A stretch of 64,000 nucleotides of DNA from an uncultured Oscillospiraceae bacterium (GCA_964461815.1 CAYWVF010000009.1:17522-81521); one strand, 5' to 3'. Numbered from the stretch's first letter, positions 21,331 to 34,019 are shown. A program made the numbers and translations. The notes: generated by a model not told the origin, from the letters alone.

Positions 21331-22572
21331 TTATTTCTCCAATCCAAAATAGTCAAGCTTCAAGCTTATTATCCTCAAAACCGCCGTATCTATCGTATCG
21401 ATCGACAGCGTACCGTCCCTTGCTGCACTGAGCACCAGATCATACGCTTCATTTTGCAGCTCGTAATCCTCCGAAGCGCATACGAGATCGGCACCTGCCA
21501 TTATCGCCATCAAAGATGCCTTTGCTACCCCGTAGGTATCGCTCACTGCCTTCATGTCCATGCTGTCGGTGATGATAAGACCGTCATACTCGAGCTCATC
21601 TCTGATATAGCTCATCACCTCACCAGACAGTGACGCAGGCAGTCCGTCCTCCGACAACGCCGGAGCTACGATATGCGCTACCATCATCAGCTTACAGCCT
21701 GCTTCTATCGCAGCCTTGAACGGTACAAGCTCGACCTCCTCGAGCCTTTCCATATCATGCTCAAGTACAGGCAGCTCATAGTGACTGTCCTCTGTGGTAT
21801 CGCCGTGACCGGGGAAGTGCTTGACACATGCAAGCAGCCCCCCATCGGTCAAGCCGTCCATAAAGGCACATCCGATATTAGTCACAGTCATCGGGTCATT
21901 TCCAAATGCGCGGTCGCCGATGACCGTATTATTTATATTTGTGAATACATCAAGCACAGGAGCGGTATCGCAGGTTATCCCAAGCTCACGCATGTCCTCA
22001 GCTGCACCAAAAGCAAGCTCGTACACATCCTCGCTTTTCATCATCCCCATCTCCCTTGCAGTCGGCAGATACGTGATGCCGTCCTTTATACGGCGCACAC
22101 GTCCTCCCTCCTGGTCTATGAAGATGAACGGAGAAAGACCTGTATTGTCCGATATAACACGAGCGGTGTCGAGGTTCAGCTGCTTTATTTTCTCTATATC
22201 CTTTGTAGACTTACCGAAAAGGAAGGTATTTCCGAAATACCGCTCTGTCAGCTGCGCTGCGTCAGCCTCGCTAAGCTCCTCACCTGCAAGAGGTATCGTA
22301 AAAAGCTGACCTATTTTCTGCTCCAGTGTCATAGATTCAAGCAGCCTAAGTGCGGTGTCTTCATCCTCCACATCATTCTCATGCTTAGTCTCGTCCTGCT
22401 CTGCCTTGTCTGTCGTCTCCTGCTTCGTGTCCGCAGTCTCATCATTTTTCTTTATCGACGGCAGAACAGACTCACCTGCCGGTGTATCCTGCCTTGTCTC
22501 ATGCTCCTGCACCTGAGCTGTACAGCCTGTCAGCAGCATGAATATCAGCATAAAGCAAATCAATCTTCTCAT
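21331..22572 (-). CDS. GH3 beta-N-acetylhexosaminidase-like lipoprotein (NagZ family)
   Basis: Lipobox LLTGC, an acidic linker and the KHFPGHGDT..DSH GH3 signature. It sits 5 nt after gyrA and 2 nt before parA. Confidence 0.8.
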   Translation of the reverse strand: MRRLICFMLIFMLLTGCTAQVQEHETRQDTPAGESVLPSIKKNDETADTKQETTDKAEQDETKHENDVEDEDTALRLLESMTLEQKIGQLFTIPLAGEELSEADAAQLTERYFGNTFLFGKSTKDIEKIKQLNLDTARVISDNTGLSPFIFIDQEGGRVRRIKDGITYLPTAREMGMMKSEDVYELAFGAAEDMRELGITCDTAPVLDVFTNINNTVIGDRAFGNDPMTVTNIGCAFMDGLTDGGLLACVKHFPGHGDTTEDSHYELPVLEHDMERLEEVELVPFKAAIEAGCKLMMVAHIVAPALSEDGLPASLSGEVMSYIRDELEYDGLIITDSMDMKAVSDTYGVAKASLMAIMAGADLVCASEDYELQNEAYDLVLSAARDGTLSIDTIDTAVLRIISLKLDYFGLEK

Positions 22573-22577
22573 AGAAA

Positions 22578-25028
22578 TTACTGTGCGTTATCCTCTTTTT
22601 CCTCCGCAGAAACTGTCTCTATATCAATGACTCTCGTCTCCTCGTTTGCACGCATGAGAATAACACCCTGACTCGATCTTCCGCACAGACGGATATCGGC
22701 TGCCGGTACACGTATCATGATGCCGCCGTCTGTTATCAGCATAACATCCTCGTCCTCACTTATGACACGAATGCCTGTAAGCAGTCCTGTTTTATCCGTG
22801 ATATCGTGGCAGGCTACACCGTGACCGCCTCTGTGCTTCGGATTATACTCGTTCACGCTCGTTCTCTTACCGAAGCCGCGCTCTGTGACTGTCAATATCT
22901 GATCTCCGCTGTTTACCGCAACAGCACCTACGACGTAATCATCATCTCTGAGTGCGATGCCCCTTACACCTGCCGCAGTACGTCCCATTACACGTACCTC
23001 ATCCTCGTTGAATCTGATAGCGTAGCCCGTATGCGTAGCTATCATTACGTCACTGCCGCCGCTTGTCAGCAATACGCTTATCAAAGCATCATCCTCACGC
23101 AGAACAAGTGCCTTAAGTCCTGCTTTTCTGATATTTTCGAACTCACTCAGCTCGATGCGCTTGATAACGCCGGCTCTTGTTACGAATACAAGATTATGAT
23201 ACGAATCGAAGTCAGTGATCGGGAGCATAGCCGTGACCTTTTCATCCGCTTCAAGCTGCAGCAGATTTACAAGGTTAGTACCCTTAGAGGTACGTCCGGC
23301 ATGGGGAACCTGATAGCCTTTAAGCCTGTATACTCGGCCCTTATCCGTGAAGAAGAGTATATGGTTATGGGTCATAGCCACGAACATCGTAGTCACAATA
23401 TCCTCCTCACGCGTTGTCATGGCGGTTATGCCCTTACCTCCGCGCTTTTGTGTTTTATATGCGTCCGTCGGCAGACGCTTGATATAGCCGTGTCTTGTGA
23501 GAGTGTACACGCTCTCCTCATTCTCGATAAGATCCTCAATATCAAGCTCGTCATCAACAAGCTCTATCTGTGTACGGCGCTCATCCGCATAAGCATTGCG
23601 TACCTCACGAAGCTCCTTCTTTACTATGCCGTAGATCAGCTCATCGGAGGCGACTATTCTTTCAAACTCAGCTATCTTCGCATACAGATCGTCCAGCTCA
23701 TTGTTTATCTTGTCACGCTCCAAGCCTGTCAAACGGCCGAGACGCATGTCAACTATAGCCTGAGTCTGCTCATCCGACAGACTAAAGCGCTCAGCGAGAC
23801 GTTCCTTAGCAAGAGCCTCGTTTTTCGATGAGCGAAGTATGTTCACTACCTCATCGATATTGTCAACTGCGATCTTAAGACCCTCTAAAATGTGCGCTCT
23901 CTTCTTCGCACGCTTGAGATCGAACATCGTGCGGCGCTTTACAACATCATGCTGGAACGAAACGTAATTGTCGAGCATCTCACGCAGTGAAAGCACCTTA
24001 GGAGCACCGTCAACGAGTGCAAGCATGATAGCCGAGAAATTTTCCTCGAGAGGTGTGTATGAATAAAGCTGATTGAGTATGACCTGAGGGTTCGCCTCAC
24101 GCTTCAGCTCTATGACTATTTTAAGACCCTTTCTGTCCGAATGGTCGGAAAGGTATGAGATACCGTCTATCCTCTTGTCCTTTACGAGATCGGCAATGCT
24201 CTCGACAAGACGCAGCTTATTTACTCCGTATGGTATTTCGGTTATGATTATCTGATATTTACCCGGTGAATGCTCCTCGATCTCGCACTTTGAGCGTACC
24301 TTTATCTTGCCTCGGCCTGTAGCATATGCCGCACGGATGCCGGCACGACCGACTATAGTACCGCCTGTCGGGAAATCCGGGCCCTTGATGAACTCCATCA
24401 GCTCATCGAGCGTAGCCTCTGGATTATCTATAACGTAGCACGCAGCGTCTATGACCTCACCGAGGTTGTGAGGCGGAATGTTCGTAGCCATACCTACGGC
24501 AATACCCGTAGAGCCGTTCAGAAGCAGGTTCGGCATTCTCGACGGCAGCACCTCAGGCTCCTTGTAGCGTCCGTCGTAGTTCGGTACGAAGTTTACAGTG
24601 TCCTTTTCGATATCCTCCATAAGCTCGGTCGAGATCTTCGACATACGAGCCTCGGTATAACGCATAGCGGCAGGCGGATCACCGTCAAGTGAGCCGAAGT
24701 TACCGTGACCGTCTACGAGAGGGTAGCGCATGGAGAAGTCCTGAGCAAGTCTTACGAGCGCATCATAGACGGAAGCATCGCCGTGAGGATGAAAATATTT
24801 AAGCACGTCACCGACAGTAGCGGCTGACTTCGAATGCTGCTTGTCCGGGGTAAGGCCGGAGGAATACATACTGTAGAGTATGCGGCGGTGAACAGGCTTC
24901 AAGCCGTCACGCACGTCCGGCAGTGCTCTTGCCACGATTACCGACATCGAATAATCGATAAAAGAGGTCTTCATCTCCTTTTCTATATCAACGTCGATTA
25001 CATTTTTTGTGAAATTATCCATCATCAA
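22578..25028 (-). CDS. gyrA: DNA gyrase subunit A
   Basis: 816 aa with the AAMRYTE active-site Tyr region and C-terminal beta-pinwheel repeats. Confidence 0.97.
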   Translation of the reverse strand: MMMDNFTKNVIDVDIEKEMKTSFIDYSMSVIVARALPDVRDGLKPVHRRILYSMYSSGLTPDKQHSKSAATVGDVLKYFHPHGDASVYDALVRLAQDFSMRYPLVDGHGNFGSLDGDPPAAMRYTEARMSKISTELMEDIEKDTVNFVPNYDGRYKEPEVLPSRMPNLLLNGSTGIAVGMATNIPPHNLGEVIDAACYVIDNPEATLDELMEFIKGPDFPTGGTIVGRAGIRAAYATGRGKIKVRSKCEIEEHSPGKYQIIITEIPYGVNKLRLVESIADLVKDKRIDGISYLSDHSDRKGLKIVIELKREANPQVILNQLYSYTPLEENFSAIMLALVDGAPKVLSLREMLDNYVSFQHDVVKRRTMFDLKRAKKRAHILEGLKIAVDNIDEVVNILRSSKNEALAKERLAERFSLSDEQTQAIVDMRLGRLTGLERDKINNELDDLYAKIAEFERIVASDELIYGIVKKELREVRNAYADERRTQIELVDDELDIEDLIENEESVYTLTRHGYIKRLPTDAYKTQKRGGKGITAMTTREEDIVTTMFVAMTHNHILFFTDKGRVYRLKGYQVPHAGRTSKGTNLVNLLQLEADEKVTAMLPITDFDSYHNLVFVTRAGVIKRIELSEFENIRKAGLKALVLREDDALISVLLTSGGSDVMIATHTGYAIRFNEDEVRVMGRTAAGVRGIALRDDDYVVGAVAVNSGDQILTVTERGFGKRTSVNEYNPKHRGGHGVACHDITDKTGLLTGIRVISEDEDVMLITDGGIMIRVPAADIRLCGRSSQGVILMRANEETRVIDIETVSAEEKEDNAQ

Positions 25029-25044
25029 AATCCTTTTCTATCAA

Positions 25045-27290
<2,246 letters not shown>

Positions 27291-27305
27291 ATATTTTCCT
27301 TTCCA

Positions 27306-28397
27306 TCATGTCAGCTCCGGAGGTACAAAAACTCTCACGTCAGCCGATAATTCACGTAAAAGCAGCTCCTCGTTATCACATGTGGTGATAAAAACCTGCC
27401 CCTCACCTGTCTTGTTGAGTACGTAGCTGCGCCTTTTATCATCAAGCTCGCTGAGTATGTCATCGAGCAGCATTATCGGGTATTCACCCGTGTTCTTGTA
27501 GTAGAGACTGCGCTTTGCAAGCATGAGAGAGAGCACAGCCGAGCGTATCTGACCCTGCGATGCAAAATCACGAGCCAAAGCGCCGTTTATCATTATTTGC
27601 AGCTCGTCACGATGAGGGCCTACGAGAGATACACCGCGCTCCAGCTCGTCCGCTTTACGCTTCATGTAGGTCTCCCACATCTCAAGATATAGATTTTTTA
27701 CATCCTGAGCTTCATACGGACAGCTGTAGGCGATGGATAATTTTTCACTTCCGCCCGATATTTTTTCATGCTCCTCCGAGGCTGAAATAGAGAGCGATTC
27801 GCAGAAGCTGCGCCTATATAATATTATTCTCGCACCGTAGGCTAAAAGCTGTGAGGTGAAGTCGTCGAGCAGCTCCAGAAGTGAGCTTTTTTTGTGGTAG
27901 TCACGAAGGATGCGTGATTTTTGGAGCAGCAGTCTGTTGTATTCCGATATGCAGGAGGCGTAATTCGGCCGTATCTGGGAGATAGACGAGTCAAGAAAGC
28001 TTCGCCGCTCCGCTGCACTGCCCTTTATCAGCTCAAGATCATCCGGACAGAACGCAACACATCTGACTAAGCCTGTGATGTCAGCTCTCCTGCGCTTCTT
28101 CACACCGTTCACAGTGTAGGATTTTCTACCCTCTCTGCGGTCTATCTCGATGTGATGCTCTCTGCCGTCACTGAACACATCACCGATGAGCTGAAAGCCG
28201 TTACAGCCGTGACGAATGAGGTCACTGTCCCTTGAGGTACGAAATGAGCCTGCACCGGTGAGGTAGTGGATAGCCTCGATGAGGTTCGTTTTACCTACGG
28301 CATTCTGACCTCTGATTATGTTGATGGTCGGTATAGGCTCAAATGTCCTGTGCTCGTAGCTTCGAAAGTTAGTAAGCTCCAGCCTTTTGAGATGCAT
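27306..28397 (-). CDS. recF: DNA replication/repair protein RecF
   Basis: Walker A (GQNAVGKTN), an SMC-like signature and LLDDILSELD (Walker B). Confidence 0.93.
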   Translation of the reverse strand: MHLKRLELTNFRSYEHRTFEPIPTINIIRGQNAVGKTNLIEAIHYLTGAGSFRTSRDSDLIRHGCNGFQLIGDVFSDGREHHIEIDRREGRKSYTVNGVKKRRRADITGLVRCVAFCPDDLELIKGSAAERRSFLDSSISQIRPNYASCISEYNRLLLQKSRILRDYHKKSSLLELLDDFTSQLLAYGARIILYRRSFCESLSISASEEHEKISGGSEKLSIAYSCPYEAQDVKNLYLEMWETYMKRKADELERGVSLVGPHRDELQIMINGALARDFASQGQIRSAVLSLMLAKRSLYYKNTGEYPIMLLDDILSELDDKRRSYVLNKTGEGQVFITTCDNEELLLRELSADVRVFVPPELT

Positions 28398-28600
28398 TAT
28401 TCGACCTCGATCTCCTCACCGCGGTACAATACAATATCGCCGGGACGGAGCTTTTTACCGCGCTGAGTGCATATATTTCCGTTTACACGTATAAATCCCA
28501 TCTGTATGTCATGCTTCGCCTCTCCGCCTGTATATACTACACCGGAGAATTTGAGCAGATCGTCAAGCTTTATAAATTCGGTAGTTATTTTGACCTTCAT
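28397..28600 (-). CDS. yaaA: S4-domain RNA-binding protein YaaA
   Basis: 67 aa with an S4-like fold. It has the conserved position between dnaN and recF. Confidence 0.8.
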   Translation of the reverse strand: MKVKITTEFIKLDDLLKFSGVVYTGGEAKHDIQMGFIRVNGNICTQRGKKLRPGDIVLYRGEEIEVE

Positions 28601-28611
28601 AGCAGTTTACC

Positions 28612-29751
28612 CTACATAGCCTTAAGTCTTACCGGAACGATCAGATAGAGGAATTCATCGGGATCCTCACTGTCCGGCAGAGGTCTGATTATCATCGGTG
28701 AGATAGGAGTCTTCATCTGTATCCTCACACGCTCTGAGGGCTTACATGCCCTGAGAGCTTCGAGCAGATAGAGACTGTTAAAGCCTATCTCGATCGGCTT
28801 ACCGTTGAAATTGGTATAGCCGCACTCGTCGTAGGATGTACCGAGCGAGGAATTACATGTCAGCCTTACAAGCTCCTCATCGAACGAAAGCCTGAGATGG
28901 TTTCTGAGCCGCTCGTTTATGATGATCGAGGTACGCTCTATCGATGAGATGAGCTCCGACGTGCTTATGTCAAGCTCAGTTTCTGGCTCAGTACCGAGCA
29001 TTACCGAGTAGTTCATGTATTCACCTGCTATGAGGTTAGTTGTGAGCACCGTATTGTCGATCTTTATCATGATGTTACGTCTTGCAAGTGAGAGCGTGAC
29101 TGTCTCATCGGAATCGTCAATGAGCCTGTCTACCTCACGCAGCGCCGTAGCCGGTACGTTGAAGGACATCTCGTTTGGCAGCGGAGCCTCGTCCTTGAAG
29201 GTGTATCTGCGTATCGCCATTCTGAAGTTGTCGAGAGCTACGACCTCGAGCTTATTGCCGATAAATTTGAATAGACAGCCTGTGAGTATAGGCTTCATCT
29301 CACTGTCGGAGGCTGAAAAGATAGTACCCTGTATCAGCTCCTTTAGTATCTTTCTGGGCATCGAGAACGAATGCTCGTAGAGCACCGCAGGTATTTCAGG
29401 GTAGTCCTCGGGATCAAGCACCGAGATGTTCATTATCGAAGCGCCGCAGGATATCGTAGCGGTAGAGTCCTTGACAGATACAGTGATAAAGCCCTCGGGC
29501 ATCGAGCGGATGATATCGGTAAAGAGCTTAGCGTTGAATACAGCCGAGCCTTTGCTCTGTACGTCAGCCTCGAGCCTCGTTCTGAGTGCGATCTTCAGAT
29601 TGTAGCCTGTCAGGAGCAGATCGTCCGTAGCCTTTATAAGCACTCCCTCGAGAGCCGGGTTAGAGCTTTTCGATGCTACTGCCTTTGTACACACCGACAG
29701 AGCCTCGACCAAGCTGTGTCTTTCACATGTAAATTTCATAGTTATAGCCAT
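28612..29751 (-). CDS. dnaN: DNA polymerase III beta sliding clamp
   Basis: 379 aa with three-domain clamp architecture, downstream of dnaA. An alternative start lies at 29739 (MKFTC). Confidence 0.93.
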   Translation of the reverse strand: MAITMKFTCERHSLVEALSVCTKAVASKSSNPALEGVLIKATDDLLLTGYNLKIALRTRLEADVQSKGSAVFNAKLFTDIIRSMPEGFITVSVKDSTATISCGASIMNISVLDPEDYPEIPAVLYEHSFSMPRKILKELIQGTIFSASDSEMKPILTGCLFKFIGNKLEVVALDNFRMAIRRYTFKDEAPLPNEMSFNVPATALREVDRLIDDSDETVTLSLARRNIMIKIDNTVLTTNLIAGEYMNYSVMLGTEPETELDISTSELISSIERTSIIINERLRNHLRLSFDEELVRLTCNSSLGTSYDECGYTNFNGKPIEIGFNSLYLLEALRACKPSERVRIQMKTPISPMIIRPLPDSEDPDEFLYLIVPVRLKAM

Positions 29752-30092
29752 GCCTTATAGAGCATTTTATCCTTTCGTATGTCATTAGTTCGACCCTTAT
29801 TTTTTTCTGTCGGTCGGTTCGTATATATTATATAACAAGAATGTCGTAATAGGGGTACGTAGTAGCGGTGGAAATGTGGAAAAAATTTTGAAGCCTTGAA
29901 AAAAATAGCGTGAAAGGGAAAATCATATCGAAATTGTCACGAGTTTGCGGTTTAAAAATGGTGTAAATTCGTGCGTGAGTTTTCCAAGTCCGACTGTGGA
30001 TAACTCTCCTGCTTTCAACAGCTTTCCACAGCGATTTTTGGGGTGTGGAAAAGGTTTTCCTCTTTCCACAGGAATATGTGTAAAACGAAGCG
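29752..30092. other. Predicted oriC: DnaA-box cluster plus AT-rich segment in the dnaA-dnaN spacer
   Basis: TGTGGATAA is a perfect box at 29995-30003. TGTGGAAAA occurs at 29875-29883 and 30044-30052, and CTTTCCACA at 30022-30030 and 30062-30070. An AT-rich segment, GTATATATTATATAAC, sits near 29821. Gene orientation switches around this region. Confidence 0.7.
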
Positions 30093-31403
30093 TTACGCAT
30101 TCTTTATCGCTTTCTCCAGTCCATCTACCTTTTTCTTGAATTCAGGCTGCTTTGACATCATGTCCTCTACCTTGTTTATCGAGTGCATGATGGTCGTGTG
30201 ATCTCTTCCTCCGAATACGCTGCCTATCTCGGGAAGTGACAGCTTCGTGAGCTTTCTTACGAGGAAGATAGATACCTGCCTTGCCTGCATTATCTCCTGA
30301 CCACGCTTCGAGCCTGTTATGTCGGCAGTAGATACGTTGAAATATTTCGATGCTTCCGCTAGTATGTAGTCGGGAGTCGGATTCAGTCCCGGATGAGCTC
30401 TGTATATGTCATCTACCGCACGCTGTGCCGTGTGTACGTCCAGCGGCATCTCCATGAATACGTGGAGCGCCATCATCTTCTTTACCGCACCCTCCAGCTG
30501 ACGGATGTTGCTCGTTATCTTCGATGCTATGAACTCCACTACATCGGGCGTGAGCGCAACGTTCAGCGCAGAAGCCTTCTTCATTATGATCGCACACCTC
30601 GTCTCAAAATCAGGAGGCGTGATGTCGGCAAGCAGTCCCCACTCAAAGCGTGTCTTGAGCCTGTCCTCAAGCTTCTCTATCTCCTTTGGTGTACGGTCTG
30701 AGGTGAGTACTATCTGCTTATGTGAATCATACAGAGTGTTGAACGTATGGAAAAATTCCTCCTGCGTGCTCACCTTACCTGCTATGAACTGTACGTCGTC
30801 TACCAGCAGAAGATCCGCCTGACGGTACTTGGAGCGAAATTCCTGAGTCTTGCCCTCGGAGATCGCCGTGATTATCTCGTTTGTGAAATCCTCACCCGTT
30901 ACATATATGATACGATAGGCAGGTCTGGCACGCTTTATGTTGCCTGCTATGGCATTCATGAGGTGAGTCTTTCCCAGTCCCGACGGCCCGTATATGAAAA
31001 GAGGATTGTATGCACTTGCAGGCTGAGCCGCTACAGCTACCGCAGCAGCATGTGCGAATCTGTTCGAGGAGCCTACTACAAACGTGTCAAACGAATGCTC
31101 CGCACCGGTGTAATCCGTCTCGCTCGTCTCTCTTTGCTGGCAGTGCATCTTGTACTCTTCCTCAAGCATGTACTGCACCGGCATATCCTCGCTGAATATC
31201 TCCTTAAGGCAGCGCTCAAACGCATCCTTGTACTTCGTCATGATGATATTCTTCTTTATCTGCGAGGTCGTGACCAATATTATCTCGTTTGCACTTATCT
31301 CCGGTATCGTAGCATCCCCGAACCAGGTGTTCACCGTAGTTTCGGAGTATATCTCCTTTAGCATACCGCGTATTTGTTCTATAAATTCTTCAGTATTGAC
31401 CAT
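30093..31403 (-). CDS. dnaA: Chromosomal replication initiator DnaA
   Basis: AAA+ Walker A (GPSGLGKTHL), a domain IV HTH (GGRDHTTIMHS) and a DnaA N-terminus. I prefer the start at 31403 (AAGGAG 12 nt upstream); the track start at 31436 is also possible. Confidence 0.95.
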   Translation of the reverse strand: MVNTEEFIEQIRGMLKEIYSETTVNTWFGDATIPEISANEIILVTTSQIKKNIIMTKYKDAFERCLKEIFSEDMPVQYMLEEEYKMHCQQRETSETDYTGAEHSFDTFVVGSSNRFAHAAAVAVAAQPASAYNPLFIYGPSGLGKTHLMNAIAGNIKRARPAYRIIYVTGEDFTNEIITAISEGKTQEFRSKYRQADLLLVDDVQFIAGKVSTQEEFFHTFNTLYDSHKQIVLTSDRTPKEIEKLEDRLKTRFEWGLLADITPPDFETRCAIIMKKASALNVALTPDVVEFIASKITSNIRQLEGAVKKMMALHVFMEMPLDVHTAQRAVDDIYRAHPGLNPTPDYILAEASKYFNVSTADITGSKRGQEIMQARQVSIFLVRKLTKLSLPEIGSVFGGRDHTTIMHSINKVEDMMSKQPEFKKKVDGLEKAIKNA

Positions 31404-31453
31404 CTCTGTCAGGGTCTCCTTAGCACATGAAATCAACTATTATACCTCCTTAT

Positions 31454-31482
31454 ATTATACCATAAAATCGATTATTTGACAA
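31454..31482 (-). promoter_or_regulatory. Putative dnaA promoter
   Basis: On the minus strand: TTGTCA (31482-31477), 17-nt spacer, TGgTATAAT (TATAAT at 31459-31454). Confidence 0.5.
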
Positions 31483-31524
31483 GCGTAATATGTGTATTAT
31501 TTTGATTAAAATAGCTCCAAATGC

Positions 31525-31553
31525 TTGACAAAATAATTTGCCTGTGCTATAAT
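31525..31553 (+). promoter_or_regulatory. Promoter of the thrS T-box leader
   Basis: TTGACA (31525-31530), 17-nt spacer, TATAAT (31548-31553). Confidence 0.65.
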
Positions 31554-31559
31554 CAACTG

Positions 31560-31816
31560 AAAGCGTTGAAGGGAACAGTAGAGCGCACATATCCTACAGA
31601 GAGAGCGGTCATCGAATATATTTCGAAGCTGTGAGACTGCTCGGTGCAGAGCGTTTCGAATACCATCCCGGAGCAGCAGGACGGAAATTTCCTGTCGTAT
31701 GCCTGCGTTAAGGGCATTGACAAGACGGCGTATTATTTGATACGCAATCGGAGTGGAACCGCGGTAGCTTATATCGTCTCCGAAGAGCTTTGGACTCTTC
31801 GTGAGGCGTTTTTTCT
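31560..31816 (+). promoter_or_regulatory. T-box riboswitch leader, probable Thr (ACC) specifier, with terminator
   Basis: Stem I elements (AGAGAG, GCTGTGAGA) and GAAU-ACC-A at 31662-31664. The T-box core AATCGGAGTGGAACCGCGG lies at 31746-31763. A terminator hairpin plus TTTTTT ends near 31815, and thrS lies downstream. Confidence 0.85.
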
Positions 31817-32010
31817 TTATTTCCACATATATTCTACACTTATTTCCACACCTTTTCCTATCATTTTTTTATCATCTCATGTACTGTGATTTGTTATGAA
31901 TATTATAAAAAAGCAAGTGACAGCACGGTATATAGCATGGAAAAGGTTGAAAAACAAGGTAGGTACGTCATAATTTGTTAATAAATAATAATATAGAAGG
32001 AGACAATACG

Positions 32011-33957
32011 ATGAATATCAAATTACCGGACGGAAGTATGCTCGAGCTTGAATGCAATTCGAGCGTGATGGATGCTGCAAAGGCTATATCGGGAGGGCTT
32101 GCGAGAGCAGCACTTATGGCAAAGGTCAACGGCGAGCTTTGCGAGCTTTCACGAGAGCTTAAGGACGGCGACTCTATAGAGATACTCACGGGAAACGATC
32201 CCGAGAGCCTTCGTGTACTTCGTCACAGTGCATCCCACGTGCTTGCACAGGCAGTAAAGAACCTCTATCCCGAGGCTAAGCTTGCGATAGGACCTGCTAT
32301 CGACAACGGCTTCTACTATGATTTTGACTATGATGCAGGCTTTGATACGGAAGCACTTGCGAAGATCGAAGCCGAGATGAAGAAGATAATAAAAAAGGCT
32401 GCACCTCTCGAGAGATTTGAGCTGCCGAGAGAGGAAGCACTTGAGTTTGTAGATAAGCTCGGCGAGCCGTATAAGCGTGAGCTGATCGAGGATCTGCCCG
32501 AGGACAGCGTGATATCGTTCTATCGTCAGGGCGAGTTTACAGACCTGTGTGCAGGCCCGCACATCCCCGATACAGGCAGAATAAAGGCGTTCAAGCTCAT
32601 AAGCTCCACAGGTGCTTACTGGAGAGGCGACGCTTCGAAGAAAATGCTTCGCAGAATATATGCTACGGCTTTCACAAAGAAGGAGGAGCTGAATGCATAC
32701 CTTGAGCAGCTTGAGGAGGCTAAGAAGCGTGACCATAATAAGCTCGGTCGTGACCTTGAGCTGTTTACAACGGTAGACGTTATCGGTCAGGGACTTCCGA
32801 TACTGCTGCCTAAGGGTGCGAAGATAGTCCAGACACTGCAAAGATTCGTAGAGGATGAGGAATACAAGAGAGGCTATCTGCTCACAAAGACACCTCTTAT
32901 GGCAAAGCGTGATCTGTACAAGATAAGCGGTCACTGGGATCACTATCTTGACGGTATGTTCGTGCTCGGCGATCCGTATGACGAGACAAAGGAATGCTTC
33001 GCACTTCGTCCTATGACATGCCCGTTCCAGTATCAGGTATTCCTCAACAGAATGCGCTCCTACCGTGACCTCCCGATGAGACTCGGCGAGACCTCGACGC
33101 TTTTCCGCAACGAGGATTCAGGTGAGATGCACGGACTTATCCGTGTACGTCAGTTCACCATTTCCGAGGGACATCTTATCCTTCGTCCGGAGCAGCTGGC
33201 AGAGGAATTTAAGGGCTGCCTTGATCTTGCAAACTACATGCTCGACACACTCGGACTGCGTGAGGACTGCTCCTACCGCTTCTCACAGTGGGATCCGAAC
33301 AATACAGATAAGTACGAGGGTACGGCAGAGCAGTGGGATGAGGCTCAGTCGATAATGAAGAACCTCCTTGACGATCTCGGAATAAACTACGTTATCGGTA
33401 TAGACGAGGCTGCATTCTACGGCCCGAAGCTCGATATCCAGATAAAGAACGTACACGGTAAAGAGGATACGCTCATAACGATACAGATAGATATGCTCCT
33501 TGCAGAGAAGTTCGGCATGGAATATGTAGACGTTGACGGCTCAAAGCGCAGACCGTATATCATCCACCGTACATCACTGGGCTGCTACGAGCGTACACTT
33601 GCACTTCTCATAGAGAAGTACGCAGGTGCATTCCCGGCTTGGCTGTCACCTGTACAGGCTAAGATATTGACGATCACAGACAGAAGCGTAGAGTACGCTC
33701 AGTCGATCGCAGCCGATCTCGAGAGCTGCGGAGTACGCTGTGAGATAGACCGCCGCAACGAGAAGATAGGCTACAAGATACGTGAAGCACAGCTTGAAAA
33801 GGTACCGTATATGATCGTGCTCGGTGACAAGGAGGCTGAGAATAACGAGGTCAATGTAAGACTTCGTGACGGCTCCAACAGCACACTGCCCTACGCCGAA
33901 TTCAAGGGCAAAATACTTGCGAATATAGCATCAAAGGCAAAGGTAGCCGAGCTGTAA
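32011..33957 (+). CDS. thrS: Threonine--tRNA ligase
   Basis: TGS domain, second additional domain (HSASHVL), class II core and anticodon-binding domain. The start at 32011 has a GAAGGAGA RBS. Confidence 0.95.
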   Translation: MNIKLPDGSMLELECNSSVMDAAKAISGGLARAALMAKVNGELCELSRELKDGDSIEILTGNDPESLRVLRHSASHVLAQAVKNLYPEAKLAIGPAIDNGFYYDFDYDAGFDTEALAKIEAEMKKIIKKAAPLERFELPREEALEFVDKLGEPYKRELIEDLPEDSVISFYRQGEFTDLCAGPHIPDTGRIKAFKLISSTGAYWRGDASKKMLRRIYATAFTKKEELNAYLEQLEEAKKRDHNKLGRDLELFTTVDVIGQGLPILLPKGAKIVQTLQRFVEDEEYKRGYLLTKTPLMAKRDLYKISGHWDHYLDGMFVLGDPYDETKECFALRPMTCPFQYQVFLNRMRSYRDLPMRLGETSTLFRNEDSGEMHGLIRVRQFTISEGHLILRPEQLAEEFKGCLDLANYMLDTLGLREDCSYRFSQWDPNNTDKYEGTAEQWDEAQSIMKNLLDDLGINYVIGIDEAAFYGPKLDIQIKNVHGKEDTLITIQIDMLLAEKFGMEYVDVDGSKRRPYIIHRTSLGCYERTLALLIEKYAGAFPAWLSPVQAKILTITDRSVEYAQSIAADLESCGVRCEIDRRNEKIGYKIREAQLEKVPYMIVLGDKEAENNEVNVRLRDGSNSTLPYAEFKGKILANIASKAKVAEL

Positions 33958-33981
33958 TACAAAGCATACAGCTATAAATAC

Positions 33982-34019
33982 CCCTCCCGATCCGATTTTG
34001 GTTCGGGAGGGATTTTTTT
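33982..34019 (+). terminator. Intrinsic terminator after thrS
   Basis: CCCTCCCGA...TCGGGAGGG followed by ATTTTTTT. Confidence 0.8.

Noticed and set aside
31506-31826. 106-aa minus-strand ORF upstream of dnaA
   Set aside because: It lies entirely within the plus-strand Thr T-box leader (promoter, specifier, T-box core and terminator are all identifiable). It is a chance antisense frame.
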